Shown here: positions 12,382 to 26,006 of the stretch, one piece after another
Position numbering within the stretch: position 1 is the first letter of the stretch
How the letters are laid out: each line of letters begins with the position of its first letter
From: Podospora anserina
Taxonomy: Eukaryota
DNA: 64,000 nucleotides
Direction: 5' to 3'
NCBI GenBank assembly: GCA_017654855.1
Contig: CM030336.1
Span: 4,588,001 to 4,652,000, forward strand
The notes under the pieces: generated by a model
The model's input: the letters and a program-made list of their open reading frames with translations, nothing else
Told to the model about the DNA's origin: nothing
The model's database searches: none
Translations under genes and position numbers: made by a program

Positions 12382-13345
12382 ATGGTTGCCTTTGATCCTT
12401 CACGCCTGGGCGTGAACTTCACCTCCCAGACCCACAGCGACACATATGCCCAGATTGATCCTTCCGGCATCACCCCCGCGCCATGCATTGGAAGGACAAT
12501 CCTCGTTACCGGCGCCGCCAAAGGCATCGGTCGAGCCATTGTTGCGTCTTACGCCAAGGCGGGGGCCAATCGCATCGCCATCACCGCCCGCGGGGACGTA
12601 TCCGCCACCCATGCCGAGGCCCTCCAAGCAGCTGCAAAGGCGGGGAGAGATGACGTTGAATTTCTCATCCTCCGGCTGGACGTCAACGACCATGACACCA
12701 TCGAGGCATGCGCCCAGGAGCTGGCCTCTAGGTGGGGGCACATTGACATTCTTGTCAACAATGCGGGATACCTGGCACCGTTTGTGCCATTGGGCGAAGG
12801 GGACAGGGATGACTGGTGGTTGACGTGGGAGGTCAACGTGCGTGGTGTCTACTGGGTCATTCGTGCGCTTCTACCTCTTATCCTGAAGAGCAAGGACAAG
12901 ACGATTGTCAATCTCACCTCGGTCGGAGCCCTGGCGCTGACCCCCGGTGCGAGTGCCTATCAGCCGTCTAAGCTGGCGGTGCTGCGTTTGTCCGAGTATC
13001 TGATGGTGGATTACGAGTCCAGGGGCCTGCTGGTGTACTCTGTTCACCCGGCGTCAGTGGCGACTGATCTCGCTAACAATATGCCAGCAGAAATCGTTCA
13101 AGGTTGGTCATCACCCCGCAGAGTGTTTGAGGTTACATACCGCAGCTGACAAGAATTGAACGGCAGCTGTGTGTCATGATACTCCTGAGCTGGCCGGTGA
13201 TAGCATTGTGTTTCTGACCAGCGAGCGACGGGAGTGGTTGGCTGGGAGGTATATCAGCTGCGCTTGGGATATGCCTGAGCTGATGGCCAGGAGAAAGGAA
13301 ATCGTAGAGAAGGATCTATTGAAACTTCAGGTCCGGTTTCAATGA
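12382..13345 (+). CDS. Short-chain dehydrogenase/reductase
   Basis: TGAAKGIG, NNAG, catalytic YQPSK and VHPASV. Intron ~13103-13166, then exon 2 ...DTPELAGDSIVFLTSERREWLAGRYIS...RFQ, stop TGA 13343-13345. Confidence 0.9.
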
Positions 13346-13809
13346 AGTTATCTAGCCGAGGCCAAGCTTTTATTAGGCTTCTAGGCGTGAAGCTTGTTTG
13401 AGAGATGGGGTTGAATTGCGTGGGTCCACTGCGGGAATGCACAATTTCTACCCACTTGCCCCACAAAAGGGGGATATCACGATGTAAACAATGAGGGTCG
13501 TTGCCTACATAGTTTACGATTGCATCGCTTCTGCTACCGTGCATCTTTCACGTCATCTCTGCTTATATAATCTGTTTGTTTGATGGCGATGACCGGTTGT
13601 GATGAGCCCGGCACGGGTTAAAGCCAAGTTGCGTTCTTTATTCGCAATGAGCCCTCCTTTACACCCAGTATGTGCGCTAAGACAAGCCAACTTCAGAAGA
13701 CGCGAAGCTTGCATTCCATTCGTCTCTACTCTATTGTCATCAGAGCTAAACATCTTTTCTTTGCCTCCAGTTGGCGGCGGGTTAGGGTTCTGCCCGAGAA
13801 ACCAAGACA

Positions 13810-13820
13810 AACTCGGGTCC
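13810..13820. promoter_or_regulatory. Cluster promoter motif AACTCGGGTCC (OMT2 promoter)
   Basis: Exact 11-mer ~185 bp upstream of ATG 14004. Confidence 0.75.
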
Positions 13821-14003
13821 TGAACCCACCTTGGTGTTGACTGTCCTGAGAAATCAACATCACAGAACTCAGGTCTGTCCTTCGCTCGGTGGTTCATAGC
13901 AGTTAATAGATAGCCAATTGATTCATGGTCAGTGCACATTCAGTCCATCTTGAAGATTTGCAAGTACAGCATTTGCCGTGTCGAAAATAACTGCAATCAC
14001 ATC

Positions 14004-15753
14004 ATGGAGCGCTTCCCTCGCACATCCGAAGACGCCGACAAACTCCTCAAGCTATCGGACCTACTCCGTGACGCGGCCCTGACTGTCAAGGAAGAGTGGA
14101 GCAAAGAAGTCTTTGACGGACCATCAGACATTCCCAACGGCAAAGCAAGCGGTGGACACCACAGTCATGAAGCAACAGCCAGGATCCTCCCCAGTCGAAA
14201 GCTCTGGGACGCCGAGAGGACAATCGAGGCTGTCTCGGGGGTTTTAGTCGAGCTAGTCTCAGAGCCACACCAACGGATCCAGCAGGTGCTAACCCAATAC
14301 ATGGAATCAAGGGCTCTGTTCATTGCGGCTGAGCGCAGGATCCCGGATTTGCTTGCCGAGGCGGGTGAGGGGGGGTTGGATGTTGAGACTTTGGGGCAAA
14401 AGACCAAGATTGAGCACCGGAAATTAGGTAAGTCCTTTTGATATCAGGAAGTAGCCATCAGTTAAGAGAGAGAACTGAGACGTCAAAAAGCTCGTATCTT
14501 GCGTACACTCTGCGCAATCCACATCTTCACTGAAGTCGCCGAGGGCCGCTTCGCCAATAACCGCATTTCCGCTTCGCTGGTGCAAAACCCTGGTCTTCGG
14601 GCTTATGTGCAATTATTGTAAGATGAACCCCCCCCTCCCTCCCTCACTGACGCGCCTACTGACACCGGATGCAACAGCGGTCTGCACGTGTCCGCGGCGG
14701 CGGAGCATCTACCCCGCTACCTTGTCGGGCCGAAGGGCGCGTCTTACAAGGTGGAGGAGACGGCGTTCCATCACGCCATGGGGACTGACAGGCCGCTTTG
14801 GGAGTGGATGACACAGCGACTGCCTTCGGATCAGGTCACTTCTGATGGGCCTGGGTACCCTGGTGTGCCCGAGTTGGCGAACTTTCCTGTCTCGTTTGAT
14901 CACAAGGGTCTGGTGGGTAGGCCGGAGTTGGAGAACTTTGCTTTGGCTATGTTGGGGGGTGGTCAGGCGTCGGGTACTGCGCATGCGTATGGTGAGATAT
15001 TGTTACCCGCTTATGCTACGTTGGTGGGGCGAACAAGTACACTGACTGGGAGGTAGATTTTCCGTGGGGTGAACTTGGAGATGGGCTGGTTGTGGATGTC
15101 GGTGGTGGAGTTGGTACGTATTTTCGCGTCCATGGTAAGACACCTGGTAGCTGACAGCCAACAGGGGGGTTCGTCTTGCAACTCCTACCAATCTATCCCC
15201 GGCTCAAGTTTGTCGTTCAAGACCGGCCGGAAAACGTGGAGAGGGGCGAACGCGAGATATTCCCGGCTAAAGCCCCTGATGCCTTGGCTGCAGGGAGAGT
15301 CAAGTTCATGCCCCATGATTTCTTTACCGAAAACCCAGTGAAGAACGCGGATGTCTACTGGCTACGCGGAATTCTGTAAGATTTGGTCCCTTTTTGTTCT
15401 GTGCTCTACTGTCTAACAGTTCTAGACATGACTGGTCTGATGATTACTGCGTGAGCATTCTCAAAGCTGTCAAGGCTTCCATGGGCCCCAAATCAAGAAT
15501 TCTGATATGTGATCCCGTCATGAATACCACTTTTGGCTGCGATGAGATTGAAGCAGCACCGAGTCCGCTCCCAGCAAATTACGGGTACCATGTCCGTTAT
15601 TGCCACAACCGGGATATTGGTCTCATGGCGACCATCAACGGGATTGAGAGGACTCCTTCCGAGTTCAAGACCTTGTTCGAGGAAGCTGGGCTGCGCCTGG
15701 TGAAGTTCTGGGATACAAGGAGCATGGTCGGGATCACTGAGGCTGGTTTATGA
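14004..15753 (+). CDS. O-methyltransferase 2 (multi-exon)
   Basis: ATG 14004 (MERFPRTS). VVDVGGGVG, FVVQDRP, PHDFFTENPVKNADVYWLRGIL|HDWSD and NGIERT. Several GT-AG introns. Confidence 0.9.
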
Positions 15754-15964
15754 ACAAAGAAATAATTTGTATATGTTGTCCTACAACTGTTGCTTGGATG
15801 ATGAAAGCTATGAAAACAGAAATGTGTATCCGCGTGTGCAGAGCTGTCTATGGAAGTGTGAATCTTAAAATCCGCCAAAATTGTGAGATCTGCCATCCTG
15901 ATTACAAGTAAGAAAATTGTTGTCGACAGTGGGGTTGAAGGAGCCGCTCAGCTAGGTAAGGAAC

Positions 15965-17650
15965 TCAACGCCAAGCGTCCAGAGATTGGGGAATGGGGTG
16001 ATACGAGCTGAACACGCCGCGGGGGTCAAACTTGTTCTTGACCGCGGTGAGGCGCTGCTGGCGCCACTTCTCGCGTCCGTACAGCTGTGAAAGAGGCTCA
16101 TCGCCATGAGCATAGTTTTGGTAGATGTGAGTCTCCTTGTATCCAGAAACCTTGGGCTGGGCAAAGTGATCCCTCCAGCGCTTGGCAAAAGCATCCGCAG
16201 CCTTTGAAACAGAGGTGTCGTCAAAGGCAATTTCAAACTCGACGAGATGCTCAACACCATCACGGTGGGGGAAGGCGCTGTAATCGTCGGGAAGCTTCTT
16301 GATGCCTTGCTGAGCAAATGTCTCGACCAAGAAGGTGCTGGAGTTGGCAGCCGGGTTGGCCTTGATGAAATCTCCGAACTCGCTCCACAGCCGTACAAAT
16401 GAGGGGGCATCCAGCCGCTTGGTGCCCAGGCCGTACATGACGTGGTTCTGGCCCTTGGCGCACTTGATCAAGGTGATGCCACCGGCGCCCTTGATGGGGA
16501 GCTCGTCCCAAGAGTACATGTTTTCTTCGACGGAAAGGCTGTAGTTCTGGAAGCGGCGAGTGTACTTGCGTCCCTCTTCCCGGGGGCCGGCATAGACGAG
16601 GTTAAGCGCCACAATGGTCTGTCACGAACATGTTAGTACTAATCTTTCATCCAAAATCACCACCTATAGGTGGGTACTCACCTCGAGAGTGCTAGGATCG
16701 ACACTGCCAACCAGAATCAAAGACAGTGGCGCAGGGAGCGGGACAAGAGCGTTCATGTCGTCAATGATCTTCTTGACCTTATCGACGCTGAAGGCCAGGT
16801 TTGCCTCGTAGTGCATCCCACCGTTCACAGCGGGATATGTCTGAAATGTGGTTTCGATGACAACGCCAAAGTTCTGGCCAGCACCACGTACGGCCCAGAA
16901 CAAGTCCTTGTTGACCTTTTCTGAAGCCTCAATCACAGTGCCGTTCCACAGAGCCATGCGAACCTTGCGGACGTTGTCGCTTGTTAAACCGTGGAGACCC
17001 TGCAGCCTGCCGACACCACCGCCCAACATGGCTCCAGTTGCCCCAACGCAGGGACAGGACCCGGTAGCTGGTTGAAAAATGTTAGATCAAGAATGGAGTT
17101 TGCAGATGGAGTTGCTTTGACTTACTGACTTGTCTTCCAGCAGCCGCCAGAGGCCGAATCAAGTCCAAAAAGGTGGCACCGCTGCCAATGGTGGCCGTCC
17201 CGTCAGCGTTGACCCTGGAGTAGTTGAACTTCTCCATGTTGATCATGACCACATTTTGTGCGGCAGCGAGCTCGATAGAATAGCCATGCCCACCTGACTT
17301 GGCGAGAAACGAGATGTTGTTGCTTGTCATGTACCGAAGCTGTCATGCGTTAACTGAAAGTGTTCCAACAGCTTGTGGTGATGAAAACACACCCCCTCAG
17401 AAAGGACTTGCTCCGTCTCTGGGAGAAAGACTTGGTTGAAGCTTGGAGCCATGTAGGCATTCCATCTCTGGGACTTCTCTCCAAAGGAAGGCCAAGACGA
17501 GTTGAAAACTGAGTCGTCTATGGAGGTAGGCCAGCCGGTCTCTTGGCGCTCGAACCCGGCCCAGTGGACTGGTAAAGCCCCACTGATGACAGGCGAGGCG
17601 GCCCACAAAAGGGAAACGAGAGAACGAACGACGTTGCTGCTGCCAACCAT
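15965..17650 (-). CDS. FAD-linked oxidoreductase (berberine-bridge/VAO type) with a predicted signal peptide
   Basis: Hydrophobic N-terminus; KSGGHG (covalent FAD His); LGGGVGRLQGLHGL, DLFWAVRGAGQNFG; C-terminal BBE motif YQNY...KNKFDPRGVF. Confidence 0.9.
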
Positions 17651-18040
17651 GTTGACGGAAACGACTGACAGATGACACTAGGTGTACAAGAGAGGTGAGT
17701 CTGAACGACCTGAAGAATTCTTGAAATCTTGCGTCTATGACATGGCTTTTATGCTACTCTCGACTCGTTCGCTTCCTGACCTTGCAAGCCATTAGCTATC
17801 AAGGAGCTGACAGGTAGGGCTGAACGCTCGCCTGTTGGCATGACCGGTCTTGGCTTCGCCGCAGGGCTTCCCAGGCTATCGCCCTGACTGCTTGGTTTTT
17901 CCTTGGTATCCCGTCTGGTTGGGAAGATTACCATCATGATCCTCCGGAAATCGGCGGATGTGTAGCTGGCCAATGATCGTGTAGGATCTCACGGTGAACA
18001 AGCCGTTGGGAGTAAGGCTGCCGCCCCTTGTTCGGTAGAG

Positions 18041-18051
18041 GGACCCGAGTT
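18041..18051. promoter_or_regulatory. Cluster promoter motif GGACCCGAGTT (BBE/OMT3 divergent promoter)
   Basis: Exact 11-mer. Confidence 0.75.
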
Positions 18052-18412
18052 GCACTTCAAAAGTGCTAGAACGCCCAATTCGGTGAATGCACGACCTGGC
18101 GCAGCAAGCTCCCACGCCGCAAGAAGTGAGACGACGGATGAAATTTGAAGGTATTACTTGCACAAGGGAGTTCCTTGTTGCGATGCTCGACGGCTGGATC
18201 TAGTGATCTCTTGGTATCGAGAATCCGCAGCTAGATCAGCCAATGCCCACTCAACGCAGGTCCTAGCCGAGGTAGGTCCTGCAGCCACCGCATCACGGGT
18301 AGGTCCCAGCCATGTGGTAGCTAATATTACGATTTGACTTCTATGACACCTGACCATGTGTTTTCCATGCTTCCTTCGCCCCTGTAACTTCCTTTGCCCT
18401 GGTACCGAAACC

Positions 18413-19787
18413 ATGACCTTCACCACCGACGACGCTATTGCCCTGGTTGACAAGATTGAGGCAGCCATCGGCAGTCCTCACGCACTCGCGTCAATCCGGG
18501 ATGACGCGGTACGCTGTAAGCTGAGAGACGCAGCCTCCAAGCTGAGCCTCGCCTTGGAAACGCATAACGATGTGATTCACAGGATTGCCTACTCGGTGTG
18601 TCAGCACGGAGAAACCCCTTTCCAAGCCACACACTTCGCTGACACACGACCTCATCTAGCCGATGCAACTAGCCCTTGCCCGTGTGGGTGTCGATACTGG
18701 TATTTTCCGGTTTCTTGTGGTCAATAATGGCACCTCATCGGTTGAGCTTGCACGGGAGAGGAAGGTCGACCTAGTGTTAACACGTAGGAGCACATAACTA
18801 TCACACCCGGAGTTTCTATCCGTGCTAACTCCGTGACAGAACGGCTGTTGAGGTACTACCAGTCCGTCGGCATGATTTTGCAAAAGGGGCCAGATGAATT
18901 CGCCCCCAATAATGTCACGGAAGCATTAGCGTGGGAGGGTGGGCGAGCTGGCATCTGCTTCCAGTCTGACCTGGTTGCCCAGTCCCTCCTGGCCTTTCCC
19001 CAGTTTCTTCGAGAAACCGACTATGCCAACCCCACTAACGCAAAGTACACACCGTTCAATCTGGGACTGCAAACCGAGCGGACACTGTTTGATTGGATCA
19101 AGGACCACCCGGACACCCTCCAGCACTTCAACACATGGATGTCGGTGCAGAGGGATCCTCGGTCAACCTTTTTGGATGTGTTGCCGTTTGACCAGGAGTT
19201 TGCAAAGGATTCAAACGACGAGACGGTTGTTTTTGTTGATATTGGCGGCTCGCGAGGCCACCAGTGCATTGCATTGAGACGGCGATATCCGAACTTGCGG
19301 GGGCGTGTGGTTCTGCAGGATCTCCCTCATACGATTGAGCAAGTCAAGACGGATCCTCTTCCAGGGTTCGACAACATTGAGACGGATGTTCATGATATGT
19401 TTTCCTCTCAGACCATCAAAGGTATTGCTCTTACTGTTCTCCCTGATATTCTAAGCTCACAAGTCTATAACAGACGCCCGGGCCTACTACTTCCGAAATG
19501 TCTTCCATGACTGGCCCGATGACAAGTGCCAAGCTATTCTTGAGAGCCTCAAGCCAGCGTTGTCCAAAGACTCCGTGGTGTTAATTGACGACATTGTTGT
19601 GTCAAGCGTTGGGGCTCCATGGAGGGTGACGTTGGGAGACATGACAATGGCTGTCTGTTTGGCGGCCATGGAACGTACCGAGGCGGAATGGCGGAGACTT
19701 GCAAGCTCAACAGGGTTCGAAGTGGTCAAGATTTTGAAGTATAGGGAGGAGTATGAAGACTCGGTAATCGTCTTGAGAGTGGCATAG
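18413..19787 (+). CDS. O-methyltransferase 3 (4 exons)
   Basis: ATG 18413 (MTFTTDDA). FVDIGGSRGHQ, VVLQDLP, YYFRNVFHDWPD and MERTEAEW. Stop TAG at 19787. Confidence 0.9.
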
Positions 19788-20060
19788 CTCATTCTTGAGA
19801 GATGGAAGAGCAACTGAAATTCCGTGGAAAGCTTCGACTATCCTACCTAGAGCTTCAAGCAGCGTAGAATCGCTGTGAGTGATAATCAGGAACGTGCTAT
19901 GTAAAGTACATAAGTCATAGTCTCTATCCCAAGACTCTCTCATATGTACCCATCACTGTCATGAACCTTCTCGGAGTCAAACATTTTAGTCGCGGCAGTA
20001 GTCAACCTCAGATTCCATTACATACGTATCCCTGAGCCACGCCTTATCTTTCACCCAACC

Positions 20061-21925
20061 TCATCTCCGAGACTTAATACGAACATGGAATCCCGAAGGC
20101 ATCGTGAACCACTTTGTCTCCAGCGTCCACTCTCGCTCGGGGTTCAGTAGCTCAAACTGTGTGTATCTAGACTCAGCATAGAGCTCGCAGAAAGTGCAAG
20201 AATGTCATGTTCACTTACCTCGTACCGTTGCAACAACGAGGGGATGATCTTGTACACCTCAAAGTACGAAAGATTCTTGCCCAAACACACGCGGTGACCG
20301 GCTCCAAACTGACGGAGTTAATCTCAAGTAATCGCATTACAGGGTGGACGAGGGAAGAAACGCACTGTCAACAGCGAGTTATACATAGTCCTCTTTTTAT
20401 CCTCACCGCACATCCAACGCTCGGGTCGCCAGACATCAGGGTCATCTCCGTAGAGGCCTACTTCTCGGTGGACTGCCCATGGATTCTTGTGGGTAGTACA
20501 GGGTTAACAAGGTGTAAGCATATGCTCGCTGGGACAGCCTTACCATAGAGACTCTCGTTCCTGGTGGAATAAAGTACCCATCAACCTCCAAACCGCTTTG
20601 AGGCACAATACGCTCCAAGGGAAACCCAATCGGCGGATGTAAGCGCGACGCTTCTTTCACGCAAGCATCGAGATATGGCAACCGTTGTGACTCTTTCCAT
20701 GTCACCAACTTGGAGATACGTCCTTCCCGTGCGGCACTGCCAATCTCCTTTTGCAAGGTAACCAGCGTTTTGGGGTTCTTGAGAAGATGATACAGCACCA
20801 CGCTTGCCATGATGCTGGTGGTGTCACCGCCTGCTTGGATGTTGGAGTTTGTCCACGTGGGGAGGGCACTAATGGTCGTAAGTTTTGGATATTTGGCTGA
20901 CTTTGGTGCAAGTACTCACAGTTCAGGAAGAGTAGGATCTTTCCCAGCCTCACGGATGAAAGCGGAGAGGTAGTCCTTCTGGTTGATGTTTTCACGCTCT
21001 TCCTCTGTCAACGCAAGCCGCTCCTGGATTCGTGCCGCGCCGAACTCGGCGAGAGGATTCCTCTTGGCAGAGACTGGAATGAGCGGGTTGTCCTTCCAGA
21101 ACTTGTCCAGCCATGGTGTCTGAGTGTTCTTGTATCGTCGTTAGTGCTCGTAGAGACAAGTACAATCTCACTGTCATAGGGTAAATATGAACTCACCGCT
21201 GCCACATCTCGGAAATATTTCCAGTTATTCTCAATGACACCCTCGATATCACCACCCTTTTCAAGGAACCCCAATCGTCTTGAAAAGGTAACCTCGCCCA
21301 TGATGTCAAACGTGAAGAGTTGCAGCCAGTCTGAGAGGTTAAACCCCCGCCCCTTGTCAGTAAACATCTCATCGAGTCTGGAAAAGAAATACTCGATGGT
21401 GGAGACGACCAGCGGTTCAAACCTCGTCAGGTTTGCGATGGAGTAGAGGTTAGCAACTGGTCTTCTCATGCGCCTGTGAAGGTCCTCGTCGCGGGTCGCA
21501 AAGACATCGGGAATCTTGGCGCCTTTCATACGGGGTAATATCGAGTCGTAGAACTCGGACTGAGATATGCCGGATGAGAATTAGAGCCGTTGAAGCGGCA
21601 GACAAGACCGTACCTTCAGGAACTTGGCCTTGAAACCATAAATCTTATCAACGGCATCGGGCTGAGAGATGAGCACGGCATTGGGACCAACCCGGACGAC
21701 GGTTCCATAGCGACGATGCAGATCAGTATGCTTCTGATGGACATCTCCCGCCGCAACCCATGATCGGCGGACAAAGTCGGTGAGTGCGGCGGATGCCGGG
21801 CCGGGTATGTGACTGAGCCTGGAATGGGTGTGCAGTAACCGGAGGATGACAACACCCGCACCAACGGCAAGGAGGATACTGCTCAGGTTCGCGGTTCGAT
21901 CAGTAAAGCCCTTTAGGACATCCAT
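20061..21925 (-). CDS. Cytochrome P450 (pisatin demethylase-like, multi-exon)
   Basis: N-terminal TM anchor and HIPGP; I-helix AGGDTT; ExxR (KEASR); heme motif FGAGHRVCLG at ~20280-20309; stop TGA 20061-20063. Confidence 0.92.
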
Positions 21926-22054
21926 GATGAACGTTTTGGTAGGTAGGTACAATGCAAATTCGCTGCATGTGTGCAGATTGGTAGAGACTCTGCTCCGCTC
22001 CGACAGCTCATTGCTGGCTTATACCCCCATCATGATGGAATAGCCCCTCATCAT

Positions 22055-22086
22055 TACTCGGGTCCTCCCTCAACCAACTCGGGTTC
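22055..22086. promoter_or_regulatory. Two near-perfect copies of the cluster motif (P450/DUF1857 divergent promoter)
   Basis: TACTCGGGTCC at 22055-22065 and AACTCGGGTTC at 22076-22086, one mismatch each. Confidence 0.7.
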
Positions 22087-22178
22087 TCACCACAACAGCT
22101 TACAACAATGCTCTTCAACATCAGCCTACCTACGCCATCCCCTGATGTTATCAATATCGAGGCAATACTGAAGCGAAA

Positions 22179-22758
22179 ATGGCAACCTTCAACCTCTCCT
22201 ACACCGCCCCAATAAACCCCCCCGGCGCCTCCCCAGTCCTCACCCAGTCTCAAATCTGGGAGTGCATCAAGCGCAAAGTCCGACACGCAGAACATTTCGT
22301 GCCAGCAATCACCAAGACCGAGATCCTTTCCGAGTCCAAAGAAGGAGAAACAGTCGTCTCCCTCAAGCGACGCATAACATTTGCTCCCGGCGGCCACCCC
22401 GCCGGCGCCGAGAACGCCGTCGAAACATGCCACTTTTTTGAGCCATGCCGTGTTGACTTTGTGGGCGCAGACGGAAGCGCAATCATCAACGCTGTGAGCC
22501 GGGGCCCTGGTGTTGAAGCTCAGGATTTGAACTACACTTATATTTTTGAGTGGCGACATCCCGAGTTGGAAGCGGGCAGTGAAGAGGCAGCGAAACAGAG
22601 GGAGGCTGATTGGGCGGTGAGTGCCCTCCTGGACGGGTTGTCTGTGATCAGAGGGTGCAGGGTTGCTAACATACATTGGCGGATAGACCACTCAGCTGGC
22701 TGTTAACGCGACCATTGCGACTATGAGAAGCATGGTGAGCGAAGGGGTTGTGGGATGA
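22179..22758 (+). CDS. DUF1857 (AtaL-like, SRPBCC/START fold) protein
   Basis: YTAPINP...LTQSQIWECIKRKVRHAEHFVPAI is typical of the family. Intron ~22617-22686; last exon TTQLAVNATIATMRSMVSEGVVG, then stop. Confidence 0.8.
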
Positions 22759-23830
22759 TGCCAAGGTGGTAACAGCGTATTTTGCCATTGGATATGTGCC
22801 TAGTTACTTCACTGCTACTCTCGTTATAATTCATTGGAACAAAAACCATAGTTGTGAATCTTACCACCCGGCTCAGGGGTTTAGATAGGGGGCTAATTTT
22901 GCGCCGTTGAGGACTGAAGTTCCAGGACGCCAGCCCTACACATAATCTTGGCAGAAACGGCACCGGAAAGACTGTTCCGGAGCTGTTGTGTCGCCCAACA
23001 TGCACTCACTGTGTCTATAGGGCTGCTGTTCATAGGTGGGCGAGACAGAGCATCGGCTGTGTCTCACAGCAGACGCAAGTAAGAAAGCACACTGTGCGAC
23101 ACGGTCGATCCCGACAAGCTGTCTTCTGCTGAGTTACACTGTGGGGTAATCAGTTCCATGAAACCAACGTCCAGTCCGAAGAGATAAGCAAACAGCAATC
23201 AAGCTCAACATGGAGTCCGATCCTGCATTGGAGCCAGGTTCCCTTGAAAAGCAGACTGAAAACACCCGTGTAGAAATGACCCCCACCTAGCCTCTTTCAC
23301 GGATTGCCGTATATTGTTGACGCGGCCGGAAGTCGGAAGAGAGGGCCGTTCCATGGTCGAGGACGCTGAAGGATTCAACCTGCTGCGTTGTGGGTTACAC
23401 AAAAGGGGCGGGGAACCGGTGGTGCTGATGCCGGTAATACAGTTATGTCCGGAGAGTGCTTCGTGTCTCAACACACCCTCTGGCGATGTGGCGGTTGACG
23501 CTGGGCGCCCGTGATGATGGAGAGTTGGAGTCATGGGTAGGTATACATAAGATACGGTCCGTAGAAGGGGGACAGCGGTGGGAGAACCGAATGCTGAAAA
23601 AGTCAGTTCAACACCCGAACCAAAGAATTGCTACTACTTTTGAGAGATGATGTGATCAGAGTGTTGAGGCCATCGTGGGGGTTGTAGGGTAAATGATGGG
23701 CCACGCTGACTGTGAATGGCTACATTTACGAGAAACACGATGAAAATCCATACGTGGAGGCCTCACTTCAGCCCCCCAACTGAGACTGCGTGCACACCTG
23801 GGTGTGAGTCGGGTCCGTCGAGATGCCAGC

Positions 23831-23841
23831 AACTCGGGTCC
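23831..23841. promoter_or_regulatory. Cluster promoter motif AACTCGGGTCC upstream of the Myb gene
   Basis: Exact 11-mer, with the variant GAGTCGGGTCC at 23806-23816. Confidence 0.7.
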
Positions 23842-24570
23842 TCGGCGAAAGTCAGGGGAATCCCGGGTGGAAAGGTTGGGACACGAGGCTCAGAAAGGGA
23901 ATAATAGAGGTTGATTATGGGACCAACCCCGATCCCAGACAGTGGCCATGATATTGCACCCATGCTGCAAGGTGCAAGCGTGTAAGCTCTGCAGCAAACG
24001 GTGGCCCAATCGGTTTATCTGATCAGCCGCGCCAAGTCTGCAATAGGCATGCCGCCGATGCAGTTTGGTGAGTAAGGTGGCCAAGGGAGTATTGGAAAGA
24101 CCAGGATCAAAGCAAGGGATCATGACCGGAAGACAGATGTCGAGTGAGGGGAACTTGCGGCTCTTCGAGAAAGGCGGTTGAGAGGTGCCGATGAGAGAAT
24201 CAGGTGACGGCTTGCCTCTCCGCTTCCCATTCTGAAACCTGATGTCCAATATCTAACCCCGCACTGTCGAGGCAGAGCTCTTGCATTGTGCAAAGAGACG
24301 ACGGTCTCAGAACAGATCCTACGAAGCAGGTGACGTCGCACCCAGATCCCCAAGCCGCTGCACACGCCCCATAGGGGGGTGACAGCGTTAAAGATTCTAG
24401 CCGGCCACCGAGACCTTACAGATGTCTGCAGCGACGGAGGGGTATCATCGCTAAAACATTGTCTTCATCTTTCTTCTCTCTCTTTTGTAGACTGGACAGC
24501 GCTGGACAATTCCTGTTCGTTTCAAACATCGACGGGCATATCGAGGTTCAACCCTTGACACATCAATCCC

Positions 24571-26006
24571 ATGTCCGGCCAGGTTTCTAGGCGGGAACGA
24601 AGGTGGTGGACGAAGGACGAAGACGACATTCTCAGAGATTGGGCCAAGGTGCAAAGTACCAACCCCTTCCATCACAAGCCTCGGTGAAGTATTTGTGTGA
24701 ATCTCGCTGACTTGGTGGGCAAAAGTCGATACACACGGCGCTGTCAAAAACTGGAATGAGGTGGCAGCTTTGCTGCCTGACAGGACGAACAAGGATTGCC
24801 GTAAGCGATGGCACAAGGTACGAGTCGATATCAAGAGGGGGGCGTGGACCCCCGACGAGGATAGGAAGCTACGACAGGCTGTGGCGCAGGCTGGATTAAA
24901 GTCAGTGTGTCCCTTGATACACTAACATGTATCTTGTCACCTGACTTGTCATTAACTGGGAGCAGATGGTCAGCAGTGTCCAAGATGATGCAAACGCGGA
25001 ACGCCGACCGTAAGTCGTTCCATACCTATCTGTCAAGCTGTTGGTTCCGAAATATCTGACAAGAGATGATTGCATCCTACGGGCAGAATGCGCCAAAAGA
25101 TGGCAACACGTGCTCGGGCCGGACCACAGACATGATCCCTGGACCCCTGAAGAGGATAGAATACTACAGGAAGCAGTTGCGAAATATGGCAACAACTGGA
25201 AGCAGATTGGACTGTTGGATCTGCCAGATCGCTCAACCCATGATATTAGAAATCGGTAAGCACGAACCAACAAGACCACCGGCCGCCCCCATCCCCCCCC
25301 CCCGGTTCCCAGTTGGCGCTAACAGATCTTTGGGTGCAGTAGCGTCGCCTTAAATCGACGGAAACGTCGGTCCAGGGCCCCATCGAATGACGACCCTTCC
25401 ACTTCAACGCAATATCTCTCGGACGACAACGCAGACGACAACAGTTCGAGCGGCGAAGAATCCGACTTGAGCTCTGATGATGCCGAATTAGCCAACTTGA
25501 ACGAGGACCAACACATGATGATGGAAGTCGACGCCGCCCCGGCCCCACCAACACCCACACTGTCGGAAACCTTGGCAGATGCGTCCATCTTTTCCAACTG
25601 GGAAATGGCCAGCCCGGCAACAATGTTGACGCAGGTGCGGCCGCTGGATGCAGACTCCCATCCGTGGCTTTGGTTCTCGACTGAATCAAGCTCCTCGGGA
25701 CAAACTCCCGATCAGCACCTCTCGCCGGAAAACCTGAGCCTGGCGTTTGAGAGTGGCCAGGACATGGGTCACTTGATGGGTGGCGCGGAGATTCAAGTTG
25801 CTCCACAAATTTCCCAAAACGAGAACCCTCAGAGTGCTGCTCCAGCAACGCAGCAGCCACCCCAACAAGACTACCGAGGACAGGCTGAAGCACCTGGAAG
25901 TGTCACTGTTCTCCTGAGGCAAGCTGACTCGCAGCTCGCACAGCAGGTTATTGGCAATCTGTTAAACCTCAATGCAGACGTGGTAATCCGTCTGCTCAAA
26001 GACTGA
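24571..26006 (+). CDS. Three-repeat Myb/SANT transcription factor (probable cluster regulator)
   Basis: Spliced reading: MSGQVSRRERRWWTKDEDDILR...NWNEVAALLPDRTNKDCRKRW; GAWTPDEDRKLRQAV...WSAVSKMMQTRNAD.CAKRW; PWTPEEDRILQEAVAKYGNNWKQI...RSTHDIRNR; then an acidic C-terminal region. A 5'-UTR intron acceptor lies near 24490. Confidence 0.88.
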
